Positions 19,758-28,233 of a stretch of 64,000 nucleotides of DNA are shown one piece after another. The position numbers and the translations under genes were made by a program. Each line of letters begins with the position of its first letter. Position 1 is the stretch's first letter. This DNA is from Chitinophagales bacterium (GTDB lineage Bacteria > Bacteroidota > Bacteroidia > Chitinophagales > Chitinophagaceae). The stretch is taken from NCBI GenBank assembly GCA_038208485.1, contig JBBQYS010000002.1:13323-77322 (forward strand). Direction: 5' to 3'. The notes beneath the pieces are model-generated. The model made no database searches and had not been told where the DNA came from. It worked only from the letters and a program-made list of their open reading frames with translations.

Positions 19758-20945
19758 TTAAAAAATACTCCCCGTCTTCAAAATAACTTTTTCCAGTTTT
19801 CCGTTTCTCAAGATCAGCATTTCATATAACTGATCCGGCACCTGCAGGTCTGAGCGATAAGATTCAATATTTAGTGAAACATTTTTTCCTACAGATAAAA
19901 CCTGGTCTCCAAGCCTTATTCCAGCAAGCGCTGCCGGAGAATTTTTAATAAGTTCATCTACCACTATTTTATCATCTTCATAAGCAATGTTCATCCCTGT
20001 ATATCCATAATCGAACGTATCATAAAAATGCGTATTGGGTTGTATATGTATCTCCTGCGTACCGTAATTTATGATCAGGTTAAACCTTCTGAAATTCTCA
20101 CTTCCCAATAATCCGCCAGTGCGTGGATAGGAGGTTACATTGTGTGTGTCTTCATACAAATACACAGGCACTTTCTTAAACCTATATCTTCCTAGCTTAA
20201 GCCTGTTAATTATTGTGATTCTTACCGGTGTTCTGCCCAATATACCCTGTACGCCAATAGGCAGTAGTTTCCTGCTTTTTTTAATAATACCACTATCATT
20301 TTCAAAGCGGTTATTCAGCAATAAAGCCAGTCCTGCTCCGGTGTCAAAATAGAAAGGAAAATCAAGTTTTCGTTCATCTTCTATAGTTACTATTTGTGTT
20401 GCCAGTTTGGTAAATCGTGGTGAAAGAAGGGTTCCTTTTCGGGGATACTTCATTTCGCCTTTTGAAAATACCTCTATCTCTTTTTTGTCGTAATTGATCT
20501 TTACGATGTACCGGCTGAAAAAACTATAGCCGATAATGCCATCCACTTTTACCCCGTAAATTTTAGTAAAATAGGAATAGTCGCTGATATGGAAATTCAG
20601 GCTGTCCATCCGCAGACCGTTTATATCCAACACCTGGTTAAAAAGAAAACGAACTTTTTTAATCCCACCTATACCGGAGAGTGTAGTATCTGTTTTTGTT
20701 GTTGGGATATTAAATTCTGCACAGGTGCTGCTATCTAGCGAAATTCCTCCGCTACCGGTGTCAAGGATAAAGTTTATTGGGGTAGAGATGGTATCAAGCT
20801 TTCCCTGTACCAGTATCACTCCACCCAGGAATTGCCGGAAAGGAAACCTACCTACCAGACTGGCTTTTTGTTGTGCGCTGACAGTGGTGAATATCAGCGA
20901 TAAAACAACACATAATAAAAATATGACAACATTTACCTTTCTCAT
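19758..20945 (-). CDS. secreted two-lobed retropepsin-like aspartyl protease with C-terminal PDZ domain
   Basis: Signal peptide; two D-T-G motifs (LDTGSGGISLD, FDTGAGLALL); PDZ-like IKNSPAALAGIRLGDQVLSVGK. Confidence 0.7.
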   Translation of the reverse strand: MRKVNVVIFLLCVVLSLIFTTVSAQQKASLVGRFPFRQFLGGVILVQGKLDTISTPINFILDTGSGGISLDSSTCAEFNIPTTKTDTTLSGIGGIKKVRFLFNQVLDINGLRMDSLNFHISDYSYFTKIYGVKVDGIIGYSFFSRYIVKINYDKKEIEVFSKGEMKYPRKGTLLSPRFTKLATQIVTIEDERKLDFPFYFDTGAGLALLLNNRFENDSGIIKKSRKLLPIGVQGILGRTPVRITIINRLKLGRYRFKKVPVYLYEDTHNVTSYPRTGGLLGSENFRRFNLIINYGTQEIHIQPNTHFYDTFDYGYTGMNIAYEDDKIVVDELIKNSPAALAGIRLGDQVLSVGKNVSLNIESYRSDLQVPDQLYEMLILRNGKLEKVILKTGSIF

Positions 20946-21036
20946 AAGTGATCATCACTAATATACAACCAAACGAACGTAATTTTGTTGATACCATTAA
21001 AGAACAAAAGATAGCAACAGTCTATCAACATTGATT

Positions 21037-22158
21037 ATGGACATAAACGAACTTTTAAAAAAAGCCCTGGCTTTCGAATTTCTTAGTATAGAAGAAGGCA
21101 TGTATTTATATGAAAACGCTGCGCTCACAGAATTGATGTATGTGGCCAACGAACTTAGAAAAATACAGGTTCCTCATGGTAAAGTTACCTGGCAAATAGA
21201 CAGGAATGTAAATACAACTAACGTTTGTATTGCAAATTGTAAGTTTTGCAATTTTTACCGCATACCGGGTCATGCAGATGCTTACATTACCGACATTGAA
21301 ACTTATAAAAAGAAAATAGAAGAAACCATTAAGTTTGGTGGAGATCAGTTATTGCTGCAGGGCGGTCATCATCCAGGGCTGGGTTTATCTTTTTATGTAG
21401 ACTTGTTTAAAGAACTAAAAAGTCTTTATCCAAATATAAAATTGCACACCCTCGGTCCCCCGGAAATTGCTCACATTACCAAGCTGGAAAAAAGCACACA
21501 CCGTGAAGTTTTGCAGGCGTTGAAAGATGCCGGTATGGATAGCCTTCCGGGTGCTGGCGCAGAAATACTTACTGATCGTGTGCGTCGCCTCATCAGTAAA
21601 GGTAAATGTGGTTCACAGGAATGGCTGGATATTATGCATGAAGCCCACAAGCTGGATATCACTACATCTGCCACTATGATGTTTGGCCATGTGGAAACAC
21701 TGAGAGAAAGGTTTGAGCATTTTGAAAAACTGCGTGAAGTGCAGAGCCGCAAGCCGGCAGATGCCAATGGCTTCCTTGCATTTATTCCCTGGACTTTCCA
21801 GGATGCAGATACTTTGCTGGCCCGTATTCGTGGAGTACATAACCTAACGACACCGCAGGAATATATTCGCATGATTGCTATCAGCCGAATTATGCTGCCT
21901 AATATTATAAACATACAAGCAAGCTGGCTTACTGTTGGGAAGCAAGTAGCACAGATTTGTCTGCAAGCAGGTGCCAATGATTTTGGTAGCATTATGATAG
22001 AAGAAAATGTAGTGAGTGCAGCCGGTGCTCCCCACAGATTCACCAGCACCACCATACAGGATAGTATCCGTGAAGCAGGCTTTGAGCCGCAGCTGCGCAA
22101 CCAGAAGTATGGCTGGAGAGAGTTACCGGTGATGGAAGAACAGGTGATAGATTATTGA
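21037..22158 (+). CDS. radical SAM enzyme of the futalosine menaquinone pathway (MqnC/MqnE family)
   Basis: CIANCKFCNF CxxxCxxC cluster motif and CofH/MqnC-like layout. ATG 21037 is preferred to the TTG at 21031. Confidence 0.7.
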   Translation: MDINELLKKALAFEFLSIEEGMYLYENAALTELMYVANELRKIQVPHGKVTWQIDRNVNTTNVCIANCKFCNFYRIPGHADAYITDIETYKKKIEETIKFGGDQLLLQGGHHPGLGLSFYVDLFKELKSLYPNIKLHTLGPPEIAHITKLEKSTHREVLQALKDAGMDSLPGAGAEILTDRVRRLISKGKCGSQEWLDIMHEAHKLDITTSATMMFGHVETLRERFEHFEKLREVQSRKPADANGFLAFIPWTFQDADTLLARIRGVHNLTTPQEYIRMIAISRIMLPNIINIQASWLTVGKQVAQICLQAGANDFGSIMIEENVVSAAGAPHRFTSTTIQDSIREAGFEPQLRNQKYGWRELPVMEEQVIDY

Positions 22159-22211
22159 TTTTTGCCACTGATGGCACAGATTCTCACAGATCATATAAGT
22201 TAGCATAATGG

Positions 22212-22241
22212 AAAAACCGGCTGAATTTCAGCCGGTTTTTT
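22212..22241. terminator. bidirectional rho-independent terminator
   Basis: AAAAACCGGCTGAAATTTCAGCCGGTTTTTT is a perfect hairpin flanked by an A-run and a T-run, between convergent genes. Confidence 0.85.
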
Positions 22242-22260
22242 GTTTGTTGAATGTTCTTCC

Positions 22261-22300
22261 ATGAACCATGATCTATGAACCATGAACCATAAACCATGAA
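22261..22300 (-). repeat. period-7 tandem repeat (GTTCATG-type x6 on the minus strand) abutting the S46 peptidase stop
   Basis: Plus strand reads atgaacc atgatct atgaacc atgaacc ataaacc atgaac. On the gene strand the array begins with the last nt of TAG. Confidence 0.9.
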
Positions 22301-24463
22301 CTACCTCACCAGTTTCAGTTCATCAATGATATTCTTTGCTCCGCCGAGTTTGTCTATACACCAAAGTACATAGCGAACATCCACACAAATGGTTCTGTTC
22401 AGGTCTTTATCAAATGCAATTTTGTGACTTAGTGCTTCATAGTTACCATCAAAAGCAAGACCAATCAGGTTACCGTAGCCATCCATTACCGGGCTACCGC
22501 TGTTTCCGCCTGTGATATCATTGGTAGTGATAAAACCAACAACAAGGTCATTGCGGGTTTTATCTATGTATTGGCCAAAATCTTTTTTCTTTAGTAATTC
22601 TATTTCTTTTGCCGGCAGGTCAAATTCGTAATCCCCGGCTATATATTTTTCCAGTATGCCTTTGCTTGTAGTCACATAGTCGTACTTCACTGCATCTCTT
22701 GGTGCATAGCTTTTTACATTACCATAACTTACCCTCATGCTGAAGTTTGCATCAGGGTACATTTTTTTTGCGGCCACGGTATCCATTTCCCTGATGCCTT
22801 TCATGTACAACCTTCCCAGCTCATTATTCTTCTCAGAAAAATTATTGTAGATGGAAGCGTATTTACTGTTGTAGCTTTTCAGGAATTCTGCACCATATTG
22901 AAACGCCGGATCAGCTTGTAAGACTACTGCATCAGGATTTTTTACAAATGCATTCCATTTAGCATCATCCAGTATCATTGTTTTGGCAAAGACATCTCTT
23001 GCCCATTTTTTATAAGTAGACTCATCATTTAAAGGACCGTAGGCAGATTTTAAATTTTCATAAAAGCCAATAGGGTGTTGGCTCTTGTCTACATCCTGGT
23101 AGAACTTCATAGCAGTCATTGCCATGATCTGCTCATCACTTGGCAGGTCTTCTCCTTCCAGGAACCTTGTGCGGCGTGCATCTGCTGCATCTACAGCTTT
23201 TTTAATATCAGAGGAAGACATTCCTGGTTTCACCATTGTTGCTTCTACACTAGTAAGGTAGGCAGCAAAGGAAGCTAGCGGAGAACCGAGGATTCCTTCA
23301 TTCAGGTACTGCCGCATTTTGCTGTATGGCATCCAGGTCTCATAGTTTTTTGCGTAATCGCTAAGCACATTTGCATACTCGGGACGGGTAGCCGCCCATT
23401 TGCCGTACATTTTTTCGTAATCCTGCTTTTGCTCATACACCTTATATTTTTTTAACTGCTTGGTTTCGCCGTCAAAAAATTTCCAGTAATTCGCAATACC
23501 TGCATAACTGTTCGCCAGTTTCAATTTTACCGCCGGGTCTTTTATCATTTGTGCATACATCGCTTTCAGCCTCATGTCTCTAAGCCCAACAAGTGCAGGG
23601 TTATCTATTTCATTTTTTAGCTTAATGCCATAGCTTGTTTCATACCGATTAGTGCCGCCCGGATAGCCATAGATCATTGCATAGCTACCATCACTCACAC
23701 CTTTTAGGCTCACTGGTAAAAAATATTTTGGTTTTAGCGGAACGTTTGAAGCGCTATAATCTGCAGGGTTGCCATCTTTATCAGCATATACACGGAATAC
23801 AGAAAAATCCCCGGTATGACGTGGCCACTCCCAGTTGTCAGTATCGCCACCAAACTTGCCTATACTTTCCGGCGGAGCGCCCACCAGCCTGATGTCCCTG
23901 TATGTTTTGTATACATACATGATATATTGGTTTCCTTTAAACATGCTGTAAATTCTTCCTGCAACAGCTTTGTCTTTATTCATCACACGATCGGTAATGG
24001 TTTTGTAGACGTCACTTAATTTTTTTGTTCTGTCTTCGTAGTTCAATCCTTTTACGGCTGCTTCTACTTCATCAGTTACGTCTACAATCTTTTCCAGGAA
24101 CTGTACAGTAAGGTCACTTTTTATTTCCTGGTCTTTATTGAAGGCATAAAAACCATCCCGCAGGTAATTGTTCTGAATAGAACTTGCGCTTGCTATAGCA
24201 CCATATCCACAATGGTGGTTGGTAAAAATAAGACCCTGAGAGCTTACGATCTCGCCCGTGCAACCACCTGCAAAAATGATGATGGCATCTTTGATAGATG
24301 CATTGTTTACGGAGTAAAGTTGTTCCTTACTCAATTTAAGTCCTTTTTTCACCATGTCGTTGTAGACTTGCTGCCCAAGGATCATTGGCAGCCACATGCC
24401 TTCATCAGCACGGGTTTGTAGCACCGAGGCAAAAAGTACAAGCGCTAAGATTAATTTTTTCAT
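22301..24463 (-). CDS. S46 family dipeptidyl-peptidase (DPP7/DPP11 type)
   Basis: Signal peptide then DEGMWLP; catalytic contexts TNHHCG and GGNSGSPV; 720 aa. Confidence 0.9.
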   Translation of the reverse strand: MKKLILALVLFASVLQTRADEGMWLPMILGQQVYNDMVKKGLKLSKEQLYSVNNASIKDAIIIFAGGCTGEIVSSQGLIFTNHHCGYGAIASASSIQNNYLRDGFYAFNKDQEIKSDLTVQFLEKIVDVTDEVEAAVKGLNYEDRTKKLSDVYKTITDRVMNKDKAVAGRIYSMFKGNQYIMYVYKTYRDIRLVGAPPESIGKFGGDTDNWEWPRHTGDFSVFRVYADKDGNPADYSASNVPLKPKYFLPVSLKGVSDGSYAMIYGYPGGTNRYETSYGIKLKNEIDNPALVGLRDMRLKAMYAQMIKDPAVKLKLANSYAGIANYWKFFDGETKQLKKYKVYEQKQDYEKMYGKWAATRPEYANVLSDYAKNYETWMPYSKMRQYLNEGILGSPLASFAAYLTSVEATMVKPGMSSSDIKKAVDAADARRTRFLEGEDLPSDEQIMAMTAMKFYQDVDKSQHPIGFYENLKSAYGPLNDESTYKKWARDVFAKTMILDDAKWNAFVKNPDAVVLQADPAFQYGAEFLKSYNSKYASIYNNFSEKNNELGRLYMKGIREMDTVAAKKMYPDANFSMRVSYGNVKSYAPRDAVKYDYVTTSKGILEKYIAGDYEFDLPAKEIELLKKKDFGQYIDKTRNDLVVGFITTNDITGGNSGSPVMDGYGNLIGLAFDGNYEALSHKIAFDKDLNRTICVDVRYVLWCIDKLGGAKNIIDELKLVR

Positions 24464-24728
24464 GTTGTTTTGTTTGGAATTTGCAGTAAAATATTCTGTT
24501 TTGAAAAGAATGTTTCTTTGTGAATAAATGGCTTTTTAAGAAGATCGAAAATAATTAAATGTTTATTATCGTTTGGCTTAAAGATAATATGTTTTATACA
24601 GAGCAAATTTTAGACCCAGGTTTTTTTCTACGTTTTTTGTATATGATTTCTTGGCGTGGTTTGTTTCTGTCAGCCTAACAACCCTGATCAATTAATAAAT
24701 GTATGGTTTAGATGGTTTGGACAAAATC

Positions 24729-24815
24729 GAACTGTCATCCTGAGCCTCCGCTAAAGCGAGATAAATATCGAAGGCGGTCTTTTTTCCTTAAACTAGTTTC
24801 GACGAACAATTGAAC
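24729..24815. repeat. hairpin repeat copy E0 (long B-type left arm, degenerate right arm)
   Basis: GAACTGTCATCCTGAGCCTCCGCTAAAGCGAGATAAATATCGAAGGCGGTC ... GTTTCGACGAACAATTGAAC. Confidence 0.8.
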
Positions 24816-24849
24816 TTCATCCCAAAAATGGAAGAGTCAATCAATCAAG

Positions 24850-24925
24850 CTGTCAGCCTGAGCTTGTCGAAGGCGGTCCATTTTATTTCACTTACCCGGT
24901 TTCGACAAGCTCAACCTGACAACCC
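24850..24925. repeat. hairpin repeat copy E1 (complete A-type)
   Basis: CTGTCAGCCTGAGCTTGTCGAAGGCGGTCC - loop - ACCCGGTTTCGACAAGCTCAACCTGACAACCC. The 20-bp stem carries a 2-nt internal mismatch. Confidence 0.9.
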
Positions 24926-24985
24926 TAAAAATTTTAAAGAATAAATTCCAATATTGCTTTTTTAATATCAATGAACAAAAAAATT

Positions 24986-25017
24986 GAACTGTCAGCCTGA
25001 GCTTGTCGAAGGCGGTC
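24986..25017. repeat. hairpin repeat copy E2 (left arm only, followed by the GIY-YIG gene)
   Basis: GAACTGTCAGCCTGAGCTTGTCGAAGGCGGTC. No loop or right arm follows. Confidence 0.85.
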
Positions 25018-25030
25018 ATTCAATTTGAAA

Positions 25031-25348
25031 TTATTTCTTTTCATCACCTTCCTTTGGAAACTGGGTATAGTTTTTCGAATGTTGCTTTAGCTGTTCCCAA
25101 TCCGAATTTATTAATGCCTCTTTTTTCTTTCTAGACCAACCTTTAATTTGCTTTTCAAGTGAGATAGCTTGCATTACCTCGTGTAGTTGTTGACTATAAA
25201 CCAGTTGAACTGGTAGCCTTTTAGCGGTGTAACATTTCCTGTCATAAGCAGAGTTGTGTTGTAAAATTCTTGATTCTAAATTATTAGTGATACCCGTATA
25301 ATATGAGTTATCAGAACACAAAAGGATGTAGACATAGTATGATTTCAA
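25031..25348 (-). CDS. GIY-YIG nuclease family protein (small URI-domain protein)
   Basis: YYVYILLCSDNSYYTGITNNLESRILQHN plus KQIKGWSRKKK are the GIY-YIG hallmarks. A TTG at 25348 gives MKSYYVYIL. The track ORF extends to a GTG at 25417, inside a degenerate repeat arm. Confidence 0.8.
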   Translation of the reverse strand: MKSYYVYILLCSDNSYYTGITNNLESRILQHNSAYDRKCYTAKRLPVQLVYSQQLHEVMQAISLEKQIKGWSRKKKEALINSDWEQLKQHSKNYTQFPKEGDEKK

Positions 25349-25464
25349 AGTAAAATATTTTAGCGTTGATAAATATATTTCTTCTTTTTGACAACACAAT
25401 GAGCTTGTGGAAAGCACCCTAAAAATTTTAAATATTCTTCAAAAAAGGAATGAATCAAAATTTT

Positions 25465-25537
25465 AACTGTCAGCCTGAGCCTGTCGAAGGCGGTCCCTTT
25501 TCTTCTTCACCCGGTTTCAACAAGCTCAACCTGACAC
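25465..25537. repeat. hairpin repeat copy E3 (complete A-type)
   Basis: AACTGTCAGCCTGAGCCTGTCGAAGGCGGTCCC - loop - ACCCGGTTTCAACAAGCTCAACCTGACAC. Confidence 0.9.
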
Positions 25538-25599
25538 ACTTACAATTTTTAAAAAAAGTATATCAATATTGCTTTTTTAATATCAATGAACAAAAAATC

Positions 25600-25696
25600 G
25601 AACTGTCAGCCTGAGCTTGTCGAAGGCGGTCCCTTTTCTTCTTCACCCGGTTTCGACCACTCGTCTCGCTTTAGCGGAAGCTAAACCTGACAACCC
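25600..25696. repeat. hairpin repeat copy E4 (A-type left arm, long B-type right arm)
   Basis: GAACTGTCAGCCTGAGCTTGTCGAAGGCGGTCCC ... GGTTTCGACCACTCGTCTCGCTTTAGCGGAAGCTAAACCTGACAACCC. Confidence 0.85.
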
Positions 25697-25728
25697 AAAA
25701 ACTCGGGCAGACTACCAAAAGCAAATCG

Positions 25729-25758
25729 CAAAAAAACCGGCAACTTTCGCTGCCGGTT
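25729..25758 (-). terminator. rho-independent terminator of the glycine-zipper lipoprotein gene
   Basis: Minus strand reads AACCGGCAGCGAAAGTTGCCGGTTTTTTT. Confidence 0.8.
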
Positions 25759-25829
25759 GGGTATGATCAATCTTTAGGTTTTAAGGGTTGGATATTGTAA
25801 CTTTTATGAGCGGTCTTTTCATTTTCATT

Positions 25830-26372
25830 TTATTGTAATTCTATTCTTCCACTTTTTTTATCCTTAGAACGTCCAAGAATATATCCGCCTGCTGCGCCTA
25901 CAACGCCACCTATTACTGCACCTTTTGCATTCTTACCAATTACGGCTCCTGCTATGGCGCCACCTATACCACCTATGGCTGCTCCTTTTGCGGCATCGCT
26001 AATTCCTGTCTTTTTCTTTTCTACCGGTGCTTCTGGTATGGCTACCGGCTCATTTGCTGCTACGTCTGTGCCAGTGCTAACTGGTGCTGGTGCTACTGGT
26101 GCTGCTGTTTCTTCTTGCTGTACAACTGGTGCTGCTTTTTTAACCCTTCTTGGAGCAGGAGCTTGTACATATCTGTCTACATAAACTACCTGTGGTCTTT
26201 GTGGAGCTACTGCTTCAGGAGCCGGAGCTGCTACGTCTGTGCTGGCGTTTGATTGTTGCAGATTTACAGTATCTGTCATTACTATTGCACGTGTTGTTGT
26301 CGTATCGTCTTTTTTCGTGTTGCAGGCTATTAAGAACATTGCGGCAACTATTGGGAGTATAAATTTTTTCAT
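25830..26372 (-). CDS. glycine-zipper lipoprotein with Ala/Pro-rich linker
   Basis: Lipoprotein signal MKKFILPIVAAMFLIAC at the internal ATG 26372; AP-rich spacer; C-terminal GAAIGGIGGAIAGAVIG...GGVVGAAGGYILG. Confidence 0.7.
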   Translation of the reverse strand: MKKFILPIVAAMFLIACNTKKDDTTTTRAIVMTDTVNLQQSNASTDVAAPAPEAVAPQRPQVVYVDRYVQAPAPRRVKKAAPVVQQEETAAPVAPAPVSTGTDVAANEPVAIPEAPVEKKKTGISDAAKGAAIGGIGGAIAGAVIGKNAKGAVIGGVVGAAGGYILGRSKDKKSGRIELQ

Positions 26373-26580
26373 GACTTTTGTTTTTAGTTTTACAAAGTGT
26401 GTGTACAATATAATAGATGCTGAAGGGCTTGCTTTGTTTAAATACAATAAGTGATAGTTGTGTTAATGCTCCACTTCCTAAATACAAATGAACAGAAAGG
26501 ATTAAAGCGGATAAATAGAAAAGAAGAAATACCTTAGTAGATAATAATCAAATAAACAATCTACAATAAATAATAAGCTG

Positions 26581-27009
26581 ATGGCAGGTTTTAACTCAGA
26601 AATAGATGTAGTAGCAGACTTATTAAAAGCTGTAATAGCGGCAAAGCCGGATGATGAGTTTTGCAATAGCTTATGGCAGCAGTACCAGGAACGTGGCGGC
26701 CTTAGTAAAAAACAGTTGGAGGGTCTTTTGGGCAAGGCAACAAAATTTACAGATGTCCCTCCGGGAAAACTAGCTACCCTGGAAGCAATTATTAAAAAGA
26801 AGGCACAGGTACAAAGAACTGCAGGCCCCGAAAAAATAGAAGAAAAGCCAAGGGATGAAAAGCCGCTGGAAGAAATGAATGAGATCCTGGAAAAATATCC
26901 GGAACACAAAAGAATTATTTTTCTGAAAAGTAAATGGGAGAAAGGAGAAGAACTTACTGCTGCGGAAACTGATGATATTAGTCGCTTAAAAAAAGTATTA
27001 AGTAAATAA
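26581..27009 (+). CDS. hypothetical protein
   Basis: 142-aa ORF with ordinary composition. The antisense ORF 26502..26909 is Ser/Phe-rich and looks like a shadow. Confidence 0.5.
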   Translation: MAGFNSEIDVVADLLKAVIAAKPDDEFCNSLWQQYQERGGLSKKQLEGLLGKATKFTDVPPGKLATLEAIIKKKAQVQRTAGPEKIEEKPRDEKPLEEMNEILEKYPEHKRIIFLKSKWEKGEELTAAETDDISRLKKVLSK

Positions 27010-27216
27010 TCTCCTCATAATATTCTACTAAAATTGAAGATAGATTGTGCGGTAAAGGCTGAATAAAGATTTGCGGCCGAAAGGATGGGGGATAGCAGCG
27101 GCAGGCCGGAGCGAAGCGGAGGACTACAGCGGATAGCCCCTGCAGAAGCTGAAGAAAGAAAAATGGCTTATAGCCCATAAAAAACAAATTCTATATTTTC
27201 CTGTTACCCATTTCAT

Positions 27217-28158
27217 ATGGATTCTACGAAAAAAGGCTTTACTACTATTCCTCGTTTTCCTATTGCTTTTGATCCTGCTTATGTGCAGCCTTTGCCGGAA
27301 GGGCACCGTTTTCCAATGCTGAAATACGACCTCATTCCCGGACAGCTTTTGCATGAAGGAACCATCACCGAAGCTGATATTTTTTCTCCCTCTCTTTGCC
27401 CGGATGGCATTGTATTACTCACGCATGAAGCGACCTACCTGGAAAAACTGAAGGACCAAACGCTAAGTGCAAGAGAGCAAAGGGTGATTGGTTTTCCGCA
27501 ATCTGAAGCGCTGACAAAAAGAGAACTGATGATAGCGCAGGGTACAATTGACGGAATGCTGTTTGCCTGGCACACCGGCGTGGCTATGAATATTGCCGGG
27601 GGTACGCACCATGCTTTTGCTGACAGGGGAGAAGGTTTTTGTATGCTGAATGACCAGGCCATAGCGGCTAATTATTTCTTAGAACAAGGTTGTGCAGATA
27701 AAATTCTGATTGTGGACCTGGATGTCCACCAGGGAAATGGCACAGCAAAACTCTTTGAGCATGAGCCCCGTGTTTTTACATTCAGTATGCATGGTGCAAC
27801 AAATTATCCTTTCAGAAAAGAAAAGAGCGACCTGGATATTGGATTGCCGGATGGAACCGGGGATGCTGCCTACTTAGAAATTTTAGCAGAAAAAATTGAT
27901 TTTTTATTGGATAAAGTAAATCCCGGCATTGTATTTTTCCTGGCCGGTGTGGATGTTCTTTCTACAGATCGTTATGGTAAGCTGGCGCTTACCATTGATG
28001 GGTGCAGGCTCAGGGATGAAATGGTGTTTACAAAACTTAAAGAACGGGGGATTCCCTGCCAGGTAAGTATGGGCGGGGGTTACAGCGAAGATATCAAGAT
28101 TATAACAGAAGCGCATTGCAACACTTTCAGGGCTGCTGCAGGTATTTATCAATTGTAA
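27217..28158 (+). CDS. histone deacetylase-family (class I/II HDAC, AcuC/Aph-like) deacetylase
   Basis: HHAFADRGEGFCMLND and DLDVHQGNG active-site and zinc motifs. Confidence 0.85.
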   Translation: MDSTKKGFTTIPRFPIAFDPAYVQPLPEGHRFPMLKYDLIPGQLLHEGTITEADIFSPSLCPDGIVLLTHEATYLEKLKDQTLSAREQRVIGFPQSEALTKRELMIAQGTIDGMLFAWHTGVAMNIAGGTHHAFADRGEGFCMLNDQAIAANYFLEQGCADKILIVDLDVHQGNGTAKLFEHEPRVFTFSMHGATNYPFRKEKSDLDIGLPDGTGDAAYLEILAEKIDFLLDKVNPGIVFFLAGVDVLSTDRYGKLALTIDGCRLRDEMVFTKLKERGIPCQVSMGGGYSEDIKIITEAHCNTFRAAAGIYQL

Positions 28159-28233
28159 GTACGTCAATTTCATTTTCGGAATAGTGTTTGTATTTGAAAT
28201 GGTATTGTTTCACCATTTAAAAAAATTGATAAA

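Noticed and set aside
21471-22100. 209-aa minus-strand ORF. Similar long antisense ORFs occur at 26502..26909, 37941..38360, 55646..56110 and 11235..11714.
   Set aside because: All lie antisense to genes with strong family motifs and have Ser/Cys/Phe/Leu-rich shadow composition.
24667-25696. Possible CRISPR array.
   Set aside because: The repeats are paired inverted arms forming hairpins, with irregular spacing and shared 'spacers'. There is no leader and no cas genes. This is REP/MITE-like, not CRISPR.
27041-27216. GC-rich island (…GGCCGAAAGGATGGGGGATAGCAGCGGCAGGCCGGAGCGAAGCGGAGGACTACAGCGGATAGCCCC…) upstream of the HDAC gene, considered as a riboswitch or sRNA.
   Set aside because: I could not fold a convincing conserved structure. 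It contains AGCGG repeats and resembles a degenerate fragment of the B-type repeat arm, so it is more likely repeat debris.
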